Positions 9,645-19,387 of a stretch of 64,000 nt of DNA are shown here, piece after piece. A program made the translations under genes and the position numbers. Position 1 is the first letter of the stretch. Each line of letters begins with the position of its first letter. Location of the stretch: sequence record MT939492.1. One strand, given 5' to 3'. A model generated the notes under the pieces. It made no database searches and was not told where the DNA came from. It saw only the letters and a list, made by a program, of their open reading frames with translations.

Positions 9645-11864
9645 ATGATCTTGTTCAAAGAGGATTGGGACAAGTACTACAATCCCATTCCCGACTACAA
9701 CACCACGAACGAAAGCTTCCTGAAAATGGCCTCCAAGTACAAGGCCATGGGGATCCAGAACTACCACTGGCATCTGGCGCTGATGCAGCCGGAGCTCTCT
9801 GGTGTGAACGCACACGATCCGGACCTTGATCCGGAAATCAAGCTGATGATCAGCCGCGAGTGCAAGTTCAACCCGATGTACTTCTTCCGAGAAGTCGTCC
9901 GCATTCCGCCTCAGGGTGAACCCGAGGCCGTTCCGTTGCGCGCCAACCGTGGCAACATGGCGCTGTACTGGAGCTTCTTCAACAACATCGACTGCTTCTT
10001 GATTCAGCCGCGACAGACCGGTAAGTCGGTTTCGACCGACGCCCTGTCCACTTGGATCATTTACGTCGGCGCTCGCAATACCCGCATGTACCTGATCACG
10101 AAGGATCATGCGCTGCGTAAGGCGAATATCGATCGACTCAAGACCTTCCGCGATGAGCTGCCGCCTTGGATGCTGGAACGCTCGGCTGCCGATGCCAACA
10201 ACAGCGAAGAGATCAGCTACATGGCGCTGGGCAACCGCTACAGCACCGGCGTGTCTCAGGGCGACCCCAAGGGCGCTGACAAGCTGGGCCGTGGTCTGAC
10301 CGTGCCGGTTCTGCACTTCGATGAGCCGCCGTATGTTGACTACATCGGCATCACTCTGCCCGTGGCGATTTCCTCGGGTAACGCGGCACGTGAGAATGCC
10401 CGTCGAAACGGCCAGCCCTCTGGTATCATCTACACAACAACTGCGGGCCGTAAGGATGACCGCGATGGTGGCTTCATCTACGACGTGCTGATGGGTGGCA
10501 CTGTCTGGAACGAAACCTACTTCGACTGTAAGGACAACGCCGAGCTGATTGAGACGGTGAAGGCCAACGGTCGCGATAAGGTCTCCCCGCTGCTGAACAT
10601 CACCATGTCCCATCGTCAGCTGGGTCTGACCGACGAATGGTTGCACGTGGCAATGGCCAAGGCCAAGATCTCTGGTGAGGCGGCTGACCGCGATTACCTG
10701 AACATCTGGACCTCGGGTACGCAGAGTTCCCCGCTGACTCCCGCACAGAACGAGGCCATCCGTCTGAGCGAAATGGAGATCGTCGAGAACGAGATCCATC
10801 GTGAAGGTCGCTATGCACTGCGTAAGTACTTCGACTCCGAAGACTTCATGTACGTGCATGACAACAGCCACTTCCTGGGCGGTATGGATACCTCCGACGC
10901 CATCGGTCGCGACGGCATTGGTCTGGTGGTCTCCAATGCGTACAACATGGCCACTGCGGCCGCCGGTACGTACAACAAGACCAATCTGCTGCAGTACGCC
11001 ACCTACGTTGCGCATCTGCTGAAGAAGTACCCGAACATGACGTTGATCATCGAACGCAAGGGTTCGGGTCAGTCGGTGCTGGACATGCTGCTGATGCTCC
11101 TGCCGAAGATGGGGATGGATCCCTTCAAGCGCCTGTTCAATCGTGTCGTCGATGAAGCCTCTGAGAAGCGTGATCGCTTCGAGGAAGTCTGGCGTACTCC
11201 GGAGACGCATCGTAGCGTGGAGTTCTACTCCAAGTACAAGGAGCTGTTCGGCTTCGTCACGACCAAGGAAACCCGTGACCTGCTGTACGGGGACGTGTTG
11301 CAGGAAGCTGCACGTAACTGCTGCGACGGTGTCATCGACAAGATCCTGTCCAATGAAATCCGTGGCCTGGTCATCAAGAACGGTCGACTGGATCACAAGG
11401 CCGGTGGTCACGACGACATGGTCATCTCCTGGCTGCTCAACCACTGGCTCGCCCAGTATGGCCGCAACCTGGAACACTATGGCATCCCGACCAAGTTGCT
11501 GCGTCGTGCGGTCTCCAACACGGGCCGTCAGATGCGTCATGAGGAAGTTCGTCAGCAGGAACAGCAGCTCAGCATTCAGGAGGAGATCGATGAGGTCTCT
11601 GCGCGCCTGAAGGGTATTCGTGACCCGATGCTGCAGGCTAAGTTGGAACACCGCCTGAAGGTTCTTCAGAGCCGAGTGGTGGTCAGTGATGTGGAAGCGA
11701 CCAGCGTGGATGAGCTGCTGCGAAGCAGTGAAGACTCGCGAGAAGTTAGCATGAAGTCTGATGCTATCTCTCGCCGTCGTCCGATCGATTCTGATTCTCT
11801 GCGCAATGGTCTTCGTGGTCGTCGTGCTGATCCGCTGCGTGACTTGGCGGTATGGCGAAGCTGA
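9645..11864 (+). CDS. terL: Terminase large subunit (phiKZ gp25-like)
   Basis: Walker A PRQTGKS, Walker B LHFDEPP, coupling motif YTTTAG, nuclease-type GMDTSDAIGRD and HDDMVISW; MILFKEDW start typical of the family. Confidence 0.9.
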   Translation: MILFKEDWDKYYNPIPDYNTTNESFLKMASKYKAMGIQNYHWHLALMQPELSGVNAHDPDLDPEIKLMISRECKFNPMYFFREVVRIPPQGEPEAVPLRANRGNMALYWSFFNNIDCFLIQPRQTGKSVSTDALSTWIIYVGARNTRMYLITKDHALRKANIDRLKTFRDELPPWMLERSAADANNSEEISYMALGNRYSTGVSQGDPKGADKLGRGLTVPVLHFDEPPYVDYIGITLPVAISSGNAARENARRNGQPSGIIYTTTAGRKDDRDGGFIYDVLMGGTVWNETYFDCKDNAELIETVKANGRDKVSPLLNITMSHRQLGLTDEWLHVAMAKAKISGEAADRDYLNIWTSGTQSSPLTPAQNEAIRLSEMEIVENEIHREGRYALRKYFDSEDFMYVHDNSHFLGGMDTSDAIGRDGIGLVVSNAYNMATAAAGTYNKTNLLQYATYVAHLLKKYPNMTLIIERKGSGQSVLDMLLMLLPKMGMDPFKRLFNRVVDEASEKRDRFEEVWRTPETHRSVEFYSKYKELFGFVTTKETRDLLYGDVLQEAARNCCDGVIDKILSNEIRGLVIKNGRLDHKAGGHDDMVISWLLNHWLAQYGRNLEHYGIPTKLLRRAVSNTGRQMRHEEVRQQEQQLSIQEEIDEVSARLKGIRDPMLQAKLEHRLKVLQSRVVVSDVEATSVDELLRSSEDSREVSMKSDAISRRRPIDSDSLRNGLRGRRADPLRDLAVWRS

Positions 11865-11910
11865 TCTGTATGAACCCTTTGCAGTGCACTTAGAAACAGG
11901 AGAGTTGGTA

Positions 11911-12735
11911 ATGGATCGCTGGGCGCAAGTACTGAAGAAGCCGACGTCGTTATTGTCATTGATTTTCTGGCCACTGTTGACCGTGGCTCGATTGTTCGTG
12001 GCAGTGCTGCGCGGCTTCGGCTGGGGCTTTGCTCGGGAGAAGGGTCACGTGTGGGTCGGCTTTGGTCGACTCGTACCTGGTCATCTGGAGGAGTTCTCGA
12101 TGTTCTGGAACTTCTTCAAGGTGGGGAACCGGCTGGGCATCAACCTGACCATACGTCGGGAGTCGGATGACGCGTACTCACTGCACGTTTCCATTCCCTA
12201 CCTCTTCTCTCTGCAGATATCGCTGGACGCTGGAATGTCGAGGTTCCGCGAAGTCTTCTTGCAAGGCGCAGCTGACTACTGCTGGAAGATCGTTTACTAC
12301 ACTTCTGGCTTCTTCGAGGTGAAGGCGTTCTTCCGCCGTTTCGACGGTGAGCGAAAAGGCACTGGCTTCAATTTCCAGATCGAAGACGAGGGGCGGCACG
12401 AGTATCACGTTGAGAAAGTGCAGCTGGTACGCGGCTATGGTCAGATTCCCCCTACCGACCACATGCCTCCCGAGAAAGTGAACGTGGAGATTGCCGTTGA
12501 GGACGTCTTCCCGATCAATCATCTCGGTCTGGTTAAGCTCCACGATCGCACGCGTCGCTACACCTGCCGGTTGGTTACTCCGATCGGTGTGGTTGAGCAC
12601 GATCCAACTGGCATCAAGTTCCCGCGCACCATTACGCTGGCTGTTGAAGATTCCACCTTCCAGACCACGGCTGTCTCCAGCGTTGGACAGGCAGTGGCGC
12701 AGTATGGTCACTACCTCGCCCAGCTGAGGGCATAG
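11911..12735 (+). CDS. Hypothetical protein with N-terminal hydrophobic segment
   Basis: ATG 11911 after AGGAGAG; open frame to 12735. Confidence 0.65.
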   Translation: MDRWAQVLKKPTSLLSLIFWPLLTVARLFVAVLRGFGWGFAREKGHVWVGFGRLVPGHLEEFSMFWNFFKVGNRLGINLTIRRESDDAYSLHVSIPYLFSLQISLDAGMSRFREVFLQGAADYCWKIVYYTSGFFEVKAFFRRFDGERKGTGFNFQIEDEGRHEYHVEKVQLVRGYGQIPPTDHMPPEKVNVEIAVEDVFPINHLGLVKLHDRTRRYTCRLVTPIGVVEHDPTGIKFPRTITLAVEDSTFQTTAVSSVGQAVAQYGHYLAQLRA

Positions 12736-12738
12736 AAA

Positions 12739-12772
12739 CATAGAGGCAGGGCGCGAGCCCTGCCTCTATGCC
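12739..12772. terminator. Bidirectional stem-loop between convergent genes
   Basis: Perfect 14-bp stem CATAGAGGCAGGGC-GCGA-GCCCTGCCTCTATG. Confidence 0.75.
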
Positions 12773-12774
12773 GT

Positions 12775-13197
12775 TTACATCGCCACTATCTCTCGAATCT
12801 CACCGTCGAGATGGTCCCGGCGCAATCGCAGGATCACACGGTCGAGGTAGGCGTTGATCGCCAGGTAGTGCGGATACTCGCTCCATTTCAGGAACCAGTT
12901 GCTCATCATTGGGTAGGTGACGGGCTCCAAACACTGTGGGTCGACGCGGTCAGCCTGTGAGCCGGAAACCGCGCCAGTTACCACGAACACACTCTTGCGA
13001 CACGCTGGAATCCACCAGCGGTCGTAGGTAGTGCGATAGACGATACGCTTGCACACGACCGTCAGCTCCAAGACTCCCTCGGTGCCGATCGAGAACTTCT
13101 TTGTGGAAGCCTCATTGGATCGTTGATACGTTTGCGTATGGGATCTGCCTGTTACGTGGTGGCACAACACACCCAAGTAGAAGAGGAAAAACTTCAT
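12775..13197 (-). CDS. Hypothetical protein
   Basis: 140 aa ORF filling the gap between hairpin and upstream gene. Confidence 0.55.
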   Translation of the reverse strand: MKFFLFYLGVLCHHVTGRSHTQTYQRSNEASTKKFSIGTEGVLELTVVCKRIVYRTTYDRWWIPACRKSVFVVTGAVSGSQADRVDPQCLEPVTYPMMSNWFLKWSEYPHYLAINAYLDRVILRLRRDHLDGEIREIVAM

Positions 13198-13227
13198 CGG
13201 AACCTGCCTTGGGGTTGGTACTGCCTA

Positions 13228-14448
13228 CTACGAGTAATGTTCCTTGGCAAATGCTCGCAGGACGAGGTACAGCATGACCGACGTCCTTACCGAAGAGATG
13301 ACGCTCTCGTTTCGCGTCTTCACAGCCTGGCGGACGACCTTGTCCGAAAGGGCCTTCATTTTCAGAAGGGATGGATCAACCATCCTGGACGCCATGTAGA
13401 GCGCTCTCAGCCGAGCGATAAGTGGAACAAGAATCGAGCCGCTGTTGGCAAGGGACTTGTCGTTCAGCACGACGCTGTACGCGTGAACGAGAGTTTCGTC
13501 AACCAGTTGCTCGACTTCGGGCACACCCGGAACACGGTGGTTATCCGAGATCCAGGTGAGCGCCTCTTCAAGCAGCTTCTGCGGTGTCGTGTGCATCGAC
13601 GAGATGATCACCTGCACCAACTCCGAACGGATGAAGGTGGGGCGGTCACCGATTACGTCGTGGAGGTAACGGGTGTAGGTCGTGTAGGTGCGCTGCTTGT
13701 CCTTCACGATAACCTGACCGTTCAACTCAACCGTGGAGGAGGTTGCTCGCAGAGTGTTGCCCGAGGCACGCACTTCGTAGAACAGCTCCGTCAGGTTCTT
13801 CACGTATTCACGCAGACGCTGCTGGATGTCGGTGATCATGTAACCCACGGCGGCGTCAGGGCCGTGCTTTACGATGGTGTCATGATGCACCGACGTTTTG
13901 GACAGAATGTCGTCCGTCCGGAAATCGATCAGAGCACCCCAGCTGCCGACGATCTTCAGCAGGAACTTGCGAGTCATGGCTGCGGCAGTTGCCTGCGCCA
14001 CGGCAAGGTCAGAGGGGAACTTGAAGTTGTGTGCCATGATCGAGCTGAGGAACTTGTACTGCAGGATCGTCAGCACATCCTTCATGCCTACCTCTTTCTG
14101 GGAGGTCGACAACTTGGAGTGGTAGATCGCACTGACCAACCAGCAGCAGCTCTGGTTCATCGCGTCAGTGATGCGGACGAAGTCTTCGTTGATCGTGGGC
14201 AGCGAAACGATGCGGCTGCGCAGTTCTTCTTCGTCGATGTTCAGGATATCGTCGAACCACTCCGCACGCTGCTCGTCACGGAAGCGGAACGGGTAATGAC
14301 CCAGCAGGTTCGAGCCGAGGAACTTGACGTGGTCAGGGTTCTTGGTGGCGAACTCAATGCGGAATCGGTGAATGCGCTTCATCAGCGCCAGATCGATCTT
14401 GACGTCTTTGCAGACTTCTGCAAAGACTGTCTTCAGGGACTCGGCCAT
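13228..14448 (-). CDS. Conserved phiKZ-like virion structural protein (putative)
   Basis: 406 aa, strong coding bias; FLGSNLLG and QYKFLSSIMAHNFKFP segments recalled as typical of a conserved Chimalliviridae virion protein. Confidence 0.6.
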   Translation of the reverse strand: MAESLKTVFAEVCKDVKIDLALMKRIHRFRIEFATKNPDHVKFLGSNLLGHYPFRFRDEQRAEWFDDILNIDEEELRSRIVSLPTINEDFVRITDAMNQSCCWLVSAIYHSKLSTSQKEVGMKDVLTILQYKFLSSIMAHNFKFPSDLAVAQATAAAMTRKFLLKIVGSWGALIDFRTDDILSKTSVHHDTIVKHGPDAAVGYMITDIQQRLREYVKNLTELFYEVRASGNTLRATSSTVELNGQVIVKDKQRTYTTYTRYLHDVIGDRPTFIRSELVQVIISSMHTTPQKLLEEALTWISDNHRVPGVPEVEQLVDETLVHAYSVVLNDKSLANSGSILVPLIARLRALYMASRMVDPSLLKMKALSDKVVRQAVKTRNESVISSVRTSVMLYLVLRAFAKEHYS

Positions 14449-14498
14449 GCTCGCCTACCGTGGTTTCTTAAAGGGGGTGCATAAAATGGGATCGGAAA

Positions 14499-14528
14499 AC
14501 TTTTGAACTCTATATTACCCTAGTGAGC
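14499..14528 (+). promoter_or_regulatory. Early-type phage promoter
   Basis: Exact TATATTAC (14511-14518), the reported phiKZ early consensus, in an AT-rich intergenic gap. Confidence 0.65.
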
Positions 14529-14594
14529 GCATGCCTCAATAACAGGCTCCCGCTCGACACCTTCTTCGCAATTTCACTTATCGAGTAATCCACA

Positions 14595-14756
14595 ATGTTG
14601 AAAACCCTCCTGGCTGTTGCCGGCGTCGTTGCTGTTGGCGCTGTCGCTTACACCCTGATCAATGATGGTCAGGGGAGCGCCGACCATCCGGTCGTCGACG
14701 GGGAGTTGCCGGCTCCGGATACGGGTGGCGAACAGTCCACCGCTCCGGCCATCTGA
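14595..14756 (+). CDS. Small single-pass membrane protein (53 aa)
   Basis: Below ORF-track cutoff; MLKTLLAVAGVVAVGAVAYTLINDGQGSADHPVVDGELPAPDTGGEQSTAPAI; downstream of early-type promoter. Confidence 0.6.
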   Translation: MLKTLLAVAGVVAVGAVAYTLINDGQGSADHPVVDGELPAPDTGGEQSTAPAI

Positions 14757-14963
14757 GCAAGAAGCAGTAAAGCCTTACACCCATAAGCTATCATCTGGGT
14801 GTAAATACTTAGATACCCTCTGGCGTCCTGTAGCGTCTCCTAAGAGACTTGGACATTACGATTGATGGACGTTCCTACGCCTATCCCCGTAGCTCATACG
14901 GGACGTTCCAGAGCGTTCTAACCCGCAGTACCATGTCCCATCAACAAGAGCACAAAAAGCACA

Positions 14964-16214
14964 ATGAACACCGAAACCCCGAACAACGAAAAGCTGCTCG
15001 AACTGGCCAAGGCCTTCCTGTCCAACCCGAGCAAGGAAACCCACGACGCCTTCCTCGCTGAAGACCTGAAGGGCACCGCTGGTGGCGGCGATGTGATCAC
15101 CTACTCCGAAGGCTTCTTCGGCGACGGCCTGGTCAAGGACATCTCCGCACGCTTCCCGGAAGCTGCTGCCTTCGCCGGCATCCCGGGCTACGCCGTGAGC
15201 ACCGAAGCCGCTCCGGTCGCCGATGCTGCTGATGCCGAGTTCGCTGCCGATGCCGACGGCACCACTGCCCAGGCTGGTTCGATCGAGCCGGCTGTGCGTG
15301 AAGCCGTCCTGTCGTTCCTGGCCCACCCGAACGAAGAAACCTACAACGGCTACTTCGTGGCACTGGCCCAGACCGGCGGCGCCGGCACCCCGGACGAGTA
15401 CTCGCTGGAAGCCCAGGAAAAGCTGGCCGCCCACCTGGCCGAGTTCTACCCGAGCCTGGCCGAAGAAGCCGACGAGTCGCTGGTGAGCGCCGACCAGGAA
15501 TCCACCCTGGAAAAGATCGACGCCATCATCATCGATACCTCGGTGGAAACCGAAACCCGCCTGGGTCAGCTGAACTCCGAGCTGTTCGCAACCGATGAAC
15601 TGGTGCGTGGCGCCTACTGCCAGGCCCTGGGCATCAGCCCGAACAACTACGAGTCCGAGCAGCAGCTGGTCGATGCCCTGGCCGAAGCCCTGATCGCCCT
15701 GGAAGGTCCGACCATCGGCGAAGTCCGCCTGGCCACGACCCAGTCCCTGCAGAACAACGTTCGCATCAAGCGCGAGCTGGAAATCAAGCAGGCCCAGGCC
15801 GACCACGTGGAAGGCCGTCTGGATCGTCGCGTGCGTGGCAAGATCTCGGCGATCATGACCAACCGCTACAACTTCCAGCACCGCTTCGGCACCCTGCACA
15901 CCCCGGGCGCCTGGGCTGCATCGGACCTGCTGGCCACGGCGATCTCCGAGCACTTCGAGCTGCTGCAGGGCAACGAAGAAGTGACCGAAGAAATCATCGA
16001 AGCCATGCTGGCCCAGCTGGAAACCGGTGGCGCTGCCCTGACCGCCGAGTTCGAAGCTGCCACCCGTGGTGAAGCTGCCATCGGCTACCTGGACCGCTTC
16101 GCCTCCTTCCGTGCCCGGCCGTCGCGCTCGGCACCGGCCGCTGCTGAAGCTACCCCGGTGGCTGAAGTGGCTGAAGGTGTGGCCGCTGTGGCTGACGAAG
16201 GCCCGGCTGCGTAA
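14964..16214 (+). CDS. Acidic Ala/Glu-rich hypothetical protein, probably highly expressed
   Basis: 416 aa, very strong codon bias, internal repeat (LAKAFLSNPSKETHDAFL / AVLSFLAHPNEETYNGYF). Confidence 0.8.
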   Translation: MNTETPNNEKLLELAKAFLSNPSKETHDAFLAEDLKGTAGGGDVITYSEGFFGDGLVKDISARFPEAAAFAGIPGYAVSTEAAPVADAADAEFAADADGTTAQAGSIEPAVREAVLSFLAHPNEETYNGYFVALAQTGGAGTPDEYSLEAQEKLAAHLAEFYPSLAEEADESLVSADQESTLEKIDAIIIDTSVETETRLGQLNSELFATDELVRGAYCQALGISPNNYESEQQLVDALAEALIALEGPTIGEVRLATTQSLQNNVRIKRELEIKQAQADHVEGRLDRRVRGKISAIMTNRYNFQHRFGTLHTPGAWAASDLLATAISEHFELLQGNEEVTEEIIEAMLAQLETGGAALTAEFEAATRGEAAIGYLDRFASFRARPSRSAPAAAEATPVAEVAEGVAAVADEGPAA

Positions 16215-16505
16215 CTGTACTACCGCGTGCTTCCACTGGGGAGGAGGGGACTTCGGTCCTCTCCTTCCTGGTGGTTTTATGTCTGTAGTAAAAAATTACT
16301 CCACACCCCTTTTATCTGAATGGAACTTTCCTCTCGGGGGAAACCATTTAAAGGAAGGGGGTATGTGCAGAAACTTTAGGGAGGGGGTAGAGGAGGCGTA
16401 GCGTAGCTACTAGCCTCCGGGAATGTCTTCTATGCCCTGTACAAGCCTTAGGCGCCCACCTTGGAGTATAAACTGACTTAGGAAGGGGATAGTACGATCC
16501 TATCA

Positions 16506-16856
16506 GTGGATGCTCATGAGTACCTAGTCGTGTCTAGTAAAGCAAACCAATTCAGTCAGTTGAAACCAGCTGCACTGAAGAAGAACCTCAAGTTACCCTA
16601 CTTCAACAATCAGCGTGGGGATGACGCTGACTACACCACCGGTATGAAAGCCTATCGACTGGCTGACCGCAAGCTATACCAACTTTTGAAACAATCACCT
16701 GAGCACAGTGACGTACGGCGATATTTGAACCATGCCTACGAACGACTGCTCGACTGTATGCCCCAGCCCAGTACAGCCCGCAGAGCTACCAGCCTGCAGG
16801 ACTACCTGACTCAGCTGGAGGCTTTGATTGAAGTCTGTGAGGCAGCTGCCAGCTAA
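16506..16856 (+). CDS. Hypothetical protein
   Basis: 116 aa ORF, GTG start, weaker codon bias. Confidence 0.5.
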   Translation: MDAHEYLVVSSKANQFSQLKPAALKKNLKLPYFNNQRGDDADYTTGMKAYRLADRKLYQLLKQSPEHSDVRRYLNHAYERLLDCMPQPSTARRATSLQDYLTQLEALIEVCEAAAS

Positions 16857-16896
16857 TCCTGTGTAGCTTACTCACTCACCTAGTTTGGAGTCTTCC

Positions 16897-17370
16897 ATGC
16901 GTGACCTTTCCTCCCTGCTCGACCCCAGCGCTGATGCCTCCAGCCGCGTGGACATCCATGCCGTCCAGAACGAGGACAGCCTCTGGCAGCAGTACCTGAC
17001 CCAGAACTTGCAGATGAGCAAGGTCTACGTCATGGACGCAGCTGTCTCTGCCGAGAGCATCTCGATGGAAACCCAGCAGCTGGAACAGGCTGCACTGGCA
17101 GAAGCGGCTGAAGAAAACCCGGTCTACCCGATCCAGCTGTACGTGCTGGAGAACGGGCAGGACTACACCGAGATCCATCGTGTGCTGACCAAGGCGCACT
17201 CTGATCCGGACCACACTGTGATCGTGCTGCTGGCTCCCCAGAGCACGGACACCGAAGTCAAGGGCGATGCGGCACAGCTGCTGTCGGTCCACGACCAGAT
17301 GGTGGGCAGTGGCGCCAAGGTCTATACCACGATCGAAGAAGCCACCGACTACCTGAACTCGCTGGTGTAA
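16897..17370 (+). CDS. Hypothetical protein, possibly nucleoside deoxyribosyltransferase-like/Rossmann-like fold
   Basis: ATG 16897 after TGGAG; alternating beta/alpha pattern and C-terminal VYTTIEEATDYL reminiscent of that family; function tentative. Confidence 0.6.
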   Translation: MRDLSSLLDPSADASSRVDIHAVQNEDSLWQQYLTQNLQMSKVYVMDAAVSAESISMETQQLEQAALAEAAEENPVYPIQLYVLENGQDYTEIHRVLTKAHSDPDHTVIVLLAPQSTDTEVKGDAAQLLSVHDQMVGSGAKVYTTIEEATDYLNSLV

Positions 17371-17471
17371 AAGCCAGAAGTGCTGGGCAGGCCTTCGGGT
17401 CTGCTCAGTATGCCGTAAAAAGTGAAGTAACCCCCTCTAGCTATGAACCAACCCAAAAGGAGTAGTACCCC

Positions 17472-18059
17472 ATGAAGCGCAGTCACTATCCGCTGAACCC
17501 GCTGTGCCACCTGGCCGCTATCGGCTACTGCTTCCCGGACGAGGCCTTCCTCACCCGTGAAGGTGCCCCGAACCTGTTCGATGGTTCGATGGCTCGCCCG
17601 ATGGCCACCCACCTGCTGCACTGGTTGGCTCAGGAGGAGAAGTTCCTCAAGCACCTGCCCGATGACCGCAAGGACTTGTTCTTCAAGGCCGTGGTGATCG
17701 ACCAGGAACTGCGGGTCAACGTCTACCACGCTTTCGGTCCGGAAGACGTCAACGAATGCCAGCTGGACACCAAGCCGATCTTCTCCTCGACCTGGGTCAG
17801 CGACGGCGAGTTCCGTTGGCTGGTCACCCCGATCCTGCACAACCACGTCGGCAAGCGCAGCTTCTTCAGCGGCAAGCCCAAGCGCACGATCGAAGCCCAG
17901 CTGATCAACATGCCCAGCACGGCCAAGCGCTATCGTCCGACCGAACCGTTCAGCTCGTTCAAGATGCGCCTGAACGACAACCAGCTGGCCATGGTGCGTG
18001 CTCGCATGTCGGCCACCCAGGTGATCAACGGCGACGTCTACGACACCGCTGCAGCATAA
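17472..18059 (+). CDS. Hypothetical protein
   Basis: 195 aa, AAGGAG RBS, strong codon bias. Confidence 0.75.
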   Translation: MKRSHYPLNPLCHLAAIGYCFPDEAFLTREGAPNLFDGSMARPMATHLLHWLAQEEKFLKHLPDDRKDLFFKAVVIDQELRVNVYHAFGPEDVNECQLDTKPIFSSTWVSDGEFRWLVTPILHNHVGKRSFFSGKPKRTIEAQLINMPSTAKRYRPTEPFSSFKMRLNDNQLAMVRARMSATQVINGDVYDTAAA

Positions 18060-18119
18060 TGACTATGGGGGAGCCTTCGGGCTCCCCCTAGCTCTATCCT
18101 CTTTTTTTTTGGGTCGCTT

Positions 18120-18473
18120 ATGCCTATCAACCACTACGACGTCGTGAGCGCACTTGACCTTCCCGTCGTCGATATCGGAATCGGTATCATCCAGCGCAAC
18201 ATCGCCAAGATCATCGAGGCCATGAGCCGCGAGTTCGAAGTGAAGGATCTGCGCATCACCATTCAGATCACCAAAGAAGACTTCGTGGATGTGGATATCC
18301 ACGAGATCGTCTGTGCTCTGCCGCCCAATGATTTCCAGGGGCGCCTGATGCGGGCGGTGCGCTGCGAATTGCCTCGCATCAAGAAGCAGAACGTCAACCT
18401 GATCACCATCCGCGGTCGGATCAATTATGCCGACAAGCGTGTGATCACTGTCCTCGCCCACACGGCGGCATAA
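18120..18473 (+). CDS. Hypothetical protein
   Basis: 117 aa ORF between two hairpins. Confidence 0.65.
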   Translation: MPINHYDVVSALDLPVVDIGIGIIQRNIAKIIEAMSREFEVKDLRITIQITKEDFVDVDIHEIVCALPPNDFQGRLMRAVRCELPRIKKQNVNLITIRGRINYADKRVITVLAHTAA

Positions 18474-18504
18474 GAGGAGGGGCAAGTGCCCCTCCTCTAT
18501 GTCC

Positions 18505-19308
18505 TTAACGACCCGAGGCCATCAAGTGCTTGAGACTGCGCTTCTTCTGTTCGTAGTCGCCCAGTACCGAGGTGACCTTCCATTCCTTCTGCAAGAACTC
18601 CTGGTACAGCTCTTCGGCATCTGCGTAGCGCTCAACGACGTTCTTGAACGCACCGATGCTGAAACCACCACGGATCTCACCTTCGTCGATGAGGATTTCC
18701 AGGTGGTTGAAGATGTAGGCCTTGGTGGCCAACTTGGCACCCTTGGTGAAACGATGCCAGCTGCGCGGGTTCAGTGAGGAGAACTCAGCGTCGTAGGCCA
18801 CGATTGCACGCAGGAAGATGTTGCGCGGCAGCGCCATGTTGTCTTCCACGCAGATCACATTCCGACCCACCAGTCGCACGTAGGCGGTGGAGACCAGCGG
18901 GATCGGCAGGTGTGACGACAGGATACCCGAGGCAGCATCGAGCATCGGCGAATGGCCACGCATGCCCATGTTGGTGGTGCCCATGATCGTGCCTTCACCG
19001 AAGGTCACGTTCAGAGGCTGGATGATGTCGCGGTTGTTGGTGAGTCGATCCGGGATCTCGTAGATCACACGGAACTCATCAGCGTACTGCGGTTGCAAAC
19101 CCACCAGAGGAATGGTCACCTCATGACCGCCGGTCAGGTTCAGGTCTTCGATCAGACGACCGTAAAAGACCTTCTCACGCAGACCAACTTCGTAGTTGAT
19201 CGGAGCGCGGTAGCCGTCGTAGCGCGAGGGCGGGTTGAACGTTTCTTCGAGAATCTGCTCCGGAATCGTCGCTGCGATTTCGCGCAATGCTTTGTTGATG
19301 ACGGACAT
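18505..19308 (-). CDS. Conserved phiKZ-like virion structural protein (putative)
   Basis: ATG 19308 with GGAGG RBS; MSVINKALREIAATIPEQIL N-terminus recalled as typical of a conserved Chimalliviridae virion protein. Confidence 0.65.
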   Translation of the reverse strand: MSVINKALREIAATIPEQILEETFNPPSRYDGYRAPINYEVGLREKVFYGRLIEDLNLTGGHEVTIPLVGLQPQYADEFRVIYEIPDRLTNNRDIIQPLNVTFGEGTIMGTTNMGMRGHSPMLDAASGILSSHLPIPLVSTAYVRLVGRNVICVEDNMALPRNIFLRAIVAYDAEFSSLNPRSWHRFTKGAKLATKAYIFNHLEILIDEGEIRGGFSIGAFKNVVERYADAEELYQEFLQKEWKVTSVLGDYEQKKRSLKHLMASGR

Positions 19309-19387
19309 GGCGCCTCCTGGTTTCAATTTCTACACCCCAGACGATGCTATGAACCGTAGGGTGAACTCATATGAAAGGGGCTGTTCA

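Noticed and set aside
14818-14913. Cloverleaf-like fold suggesting a tRNA
   Set aside because: No TTC(G/A)A T-loop, no standard anticodon arm, no CCA; kept only as a generic structured-RNA candidate
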